This document shows positions 62,993 through 64,000 of a DNA stretch of 64,000 nucleotides, in pieces. Source of the DNA: Callorhinchus milii (lineage: Eukaryota); the NCBI RefSeq assembly GCF_018977255.1, contig NW_024704742.1:79610001-79674000 (forward strand), written 5' to 3'. The notes beneath the pieces were generated by a model, which did not search any database, was not told where the DNA came from, and worked only from the letters and a program-made list of their open reading frames with translations. Position numbers and translations under genes: made by a program. Each line of letters begins with the position of its first letter. Position 1 is the first letter of the stretch.

Positions 62993-63080
62993 CACATGGC
63001 CCCTCTCTGTAGTTTACATCATCTATGGCAATGTTTGCTTGACTGGTCATCGAGTTTTCATTGTAGCCCTCCAAAATGAT
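62993..63080 (-). CDS. Exon encoding the C-terminal end of a MAM domain: IILEGYNENSMTSQANIAIDDVNYREGPC
   Basis: Acceptor tttcctgttcatttttgcAG and donor G|GTGAGA; 88 nt, phase 0 in and phase 1 out, open frame. Matches the MAM C-terminal signature (I/V)xFE...xxIAIDD(I/V)xxxxGxC. Confidence 0.85.
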
Positions 63081-64000
63081 CTGCAAAAATGAACAGGAAA
63101 GTTTAACAAAAAATATTATACTTGCAATTAACAAAATAATGACAATACTTGAATTTGATAGAGCACATTATTATGTATCGATCACAAGATTTATTGTGGC
63201 GCGAAGGTGAACACGGCAGCCAATTTGCACACAGCAATATCCCACCATCAGTCACAAGTGAATGAATAATTCTATCTGTCAGGTTTTTGGCCAGGTCATT
63301 GGAAGAAGCTCCATTTTCTTTGAATACCGCCATAGGATCTTTAATGTCTACAGGTAGACAGGTGCAGCACTGCATTGGAATATCAGCCTAAATTAGATGA
63401 GTTCCAAGTCCTAACATTGGGCTTGAACCCACAACCTTCTGACTCCAAGGAGGAAGTGCAATCAACTGAGCAAGGCTGATGCACAATTTACAGGGAGCCA
63501 CCTCCCTTCCAAGCTAAACAACAGCTGTATGGATTAAAATACTTTACGAAGCAAAAACTTGTACCGCACAGCGTGCTTGGCATTGGTGAATCTGAAATTC
63601 ATTCATTCTGAGAGTGAATGATTATTCCGTTGTCTAGGAACCTAATAATTATGCAAGGAATAATTAACTGCAGTAAAATACAAACTAAATGCAGGTAATT
63701 ATCACTTGATGAAGAACATATTTACTTTATATGAAAAGTCACGGAACAAACACATGACATTATTGTATGCACATAAGATCAGAATAGAACAGGTGGCTAA
63801 TACCATTTTGTAACATGCCATTGTTTGCCATCTCTAATGCACTCTGCTCACCAATGCTGTCATTTGCCTATATGATTTACTCTTCAAATGTTATTTTGGT
63901 GTACACCTGGCTCAGTTCATAGCATTCTTGCTTCTGAGTCAAAATGCTGTGGGTTCAAACCCTATGTTGAGATTTTAAAATCATATAGTGTAAGCTGATG

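Larger units (their letters stand above)
20300..63080 (-). pseudogene. Multi-exon laminin alpha3/alpha5-like gene with an upstream MAM-domain exon; mostly disabled; 5' end lies beyond the window
   Basis: Collinear series of AG/GT-bounded segments. In transcription order they encode the MAM end, the laminin coiled coil, then LG1-LG5-like motifs. Many contain in-frame stops or frameshifts. Individual exons are listed below. Confidence 0.8.

Overview
Vertebrate genomic DNA. The repeat content (tRNA-derived SINEs with (TTA)n tails, Deu-type SINEs, L2 and CR1 LINE debris, Penelope-type palindromes) suggests a cartilaginous fish, probably a holocephalan; this is inference. One clearly intact gene is present: LINGO2, with its whole CDS in one exon (+, 4073-5890). 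Facing it tail-to-tail on the minus strand (about 20,300 to at least 63,080) lies a spliced, largely decayed laminin alpha3/alpha5-like gene. Reading by eye gives coiled-coil exons (three fully open and phase-compatible), followed in the correct order by remnants of all five laminin G domains, mostly broken by stops and frameshifts. The most 5' exon visible encodes the C-terminal end of a MAM domain, which no canonical laminin chain has. This suggests an undescribed MAM-laminin-alpha chimeric gene now becoming a pseudogene. An intron of this gene holds a 189-bp insertion with a perfect 15-bp target-site duplication that folds into a ~50-bp hairpin capped by a minimal hammerhead ribozyme. All protein comparisons were made from memory of the human proteins, not by running alignments.
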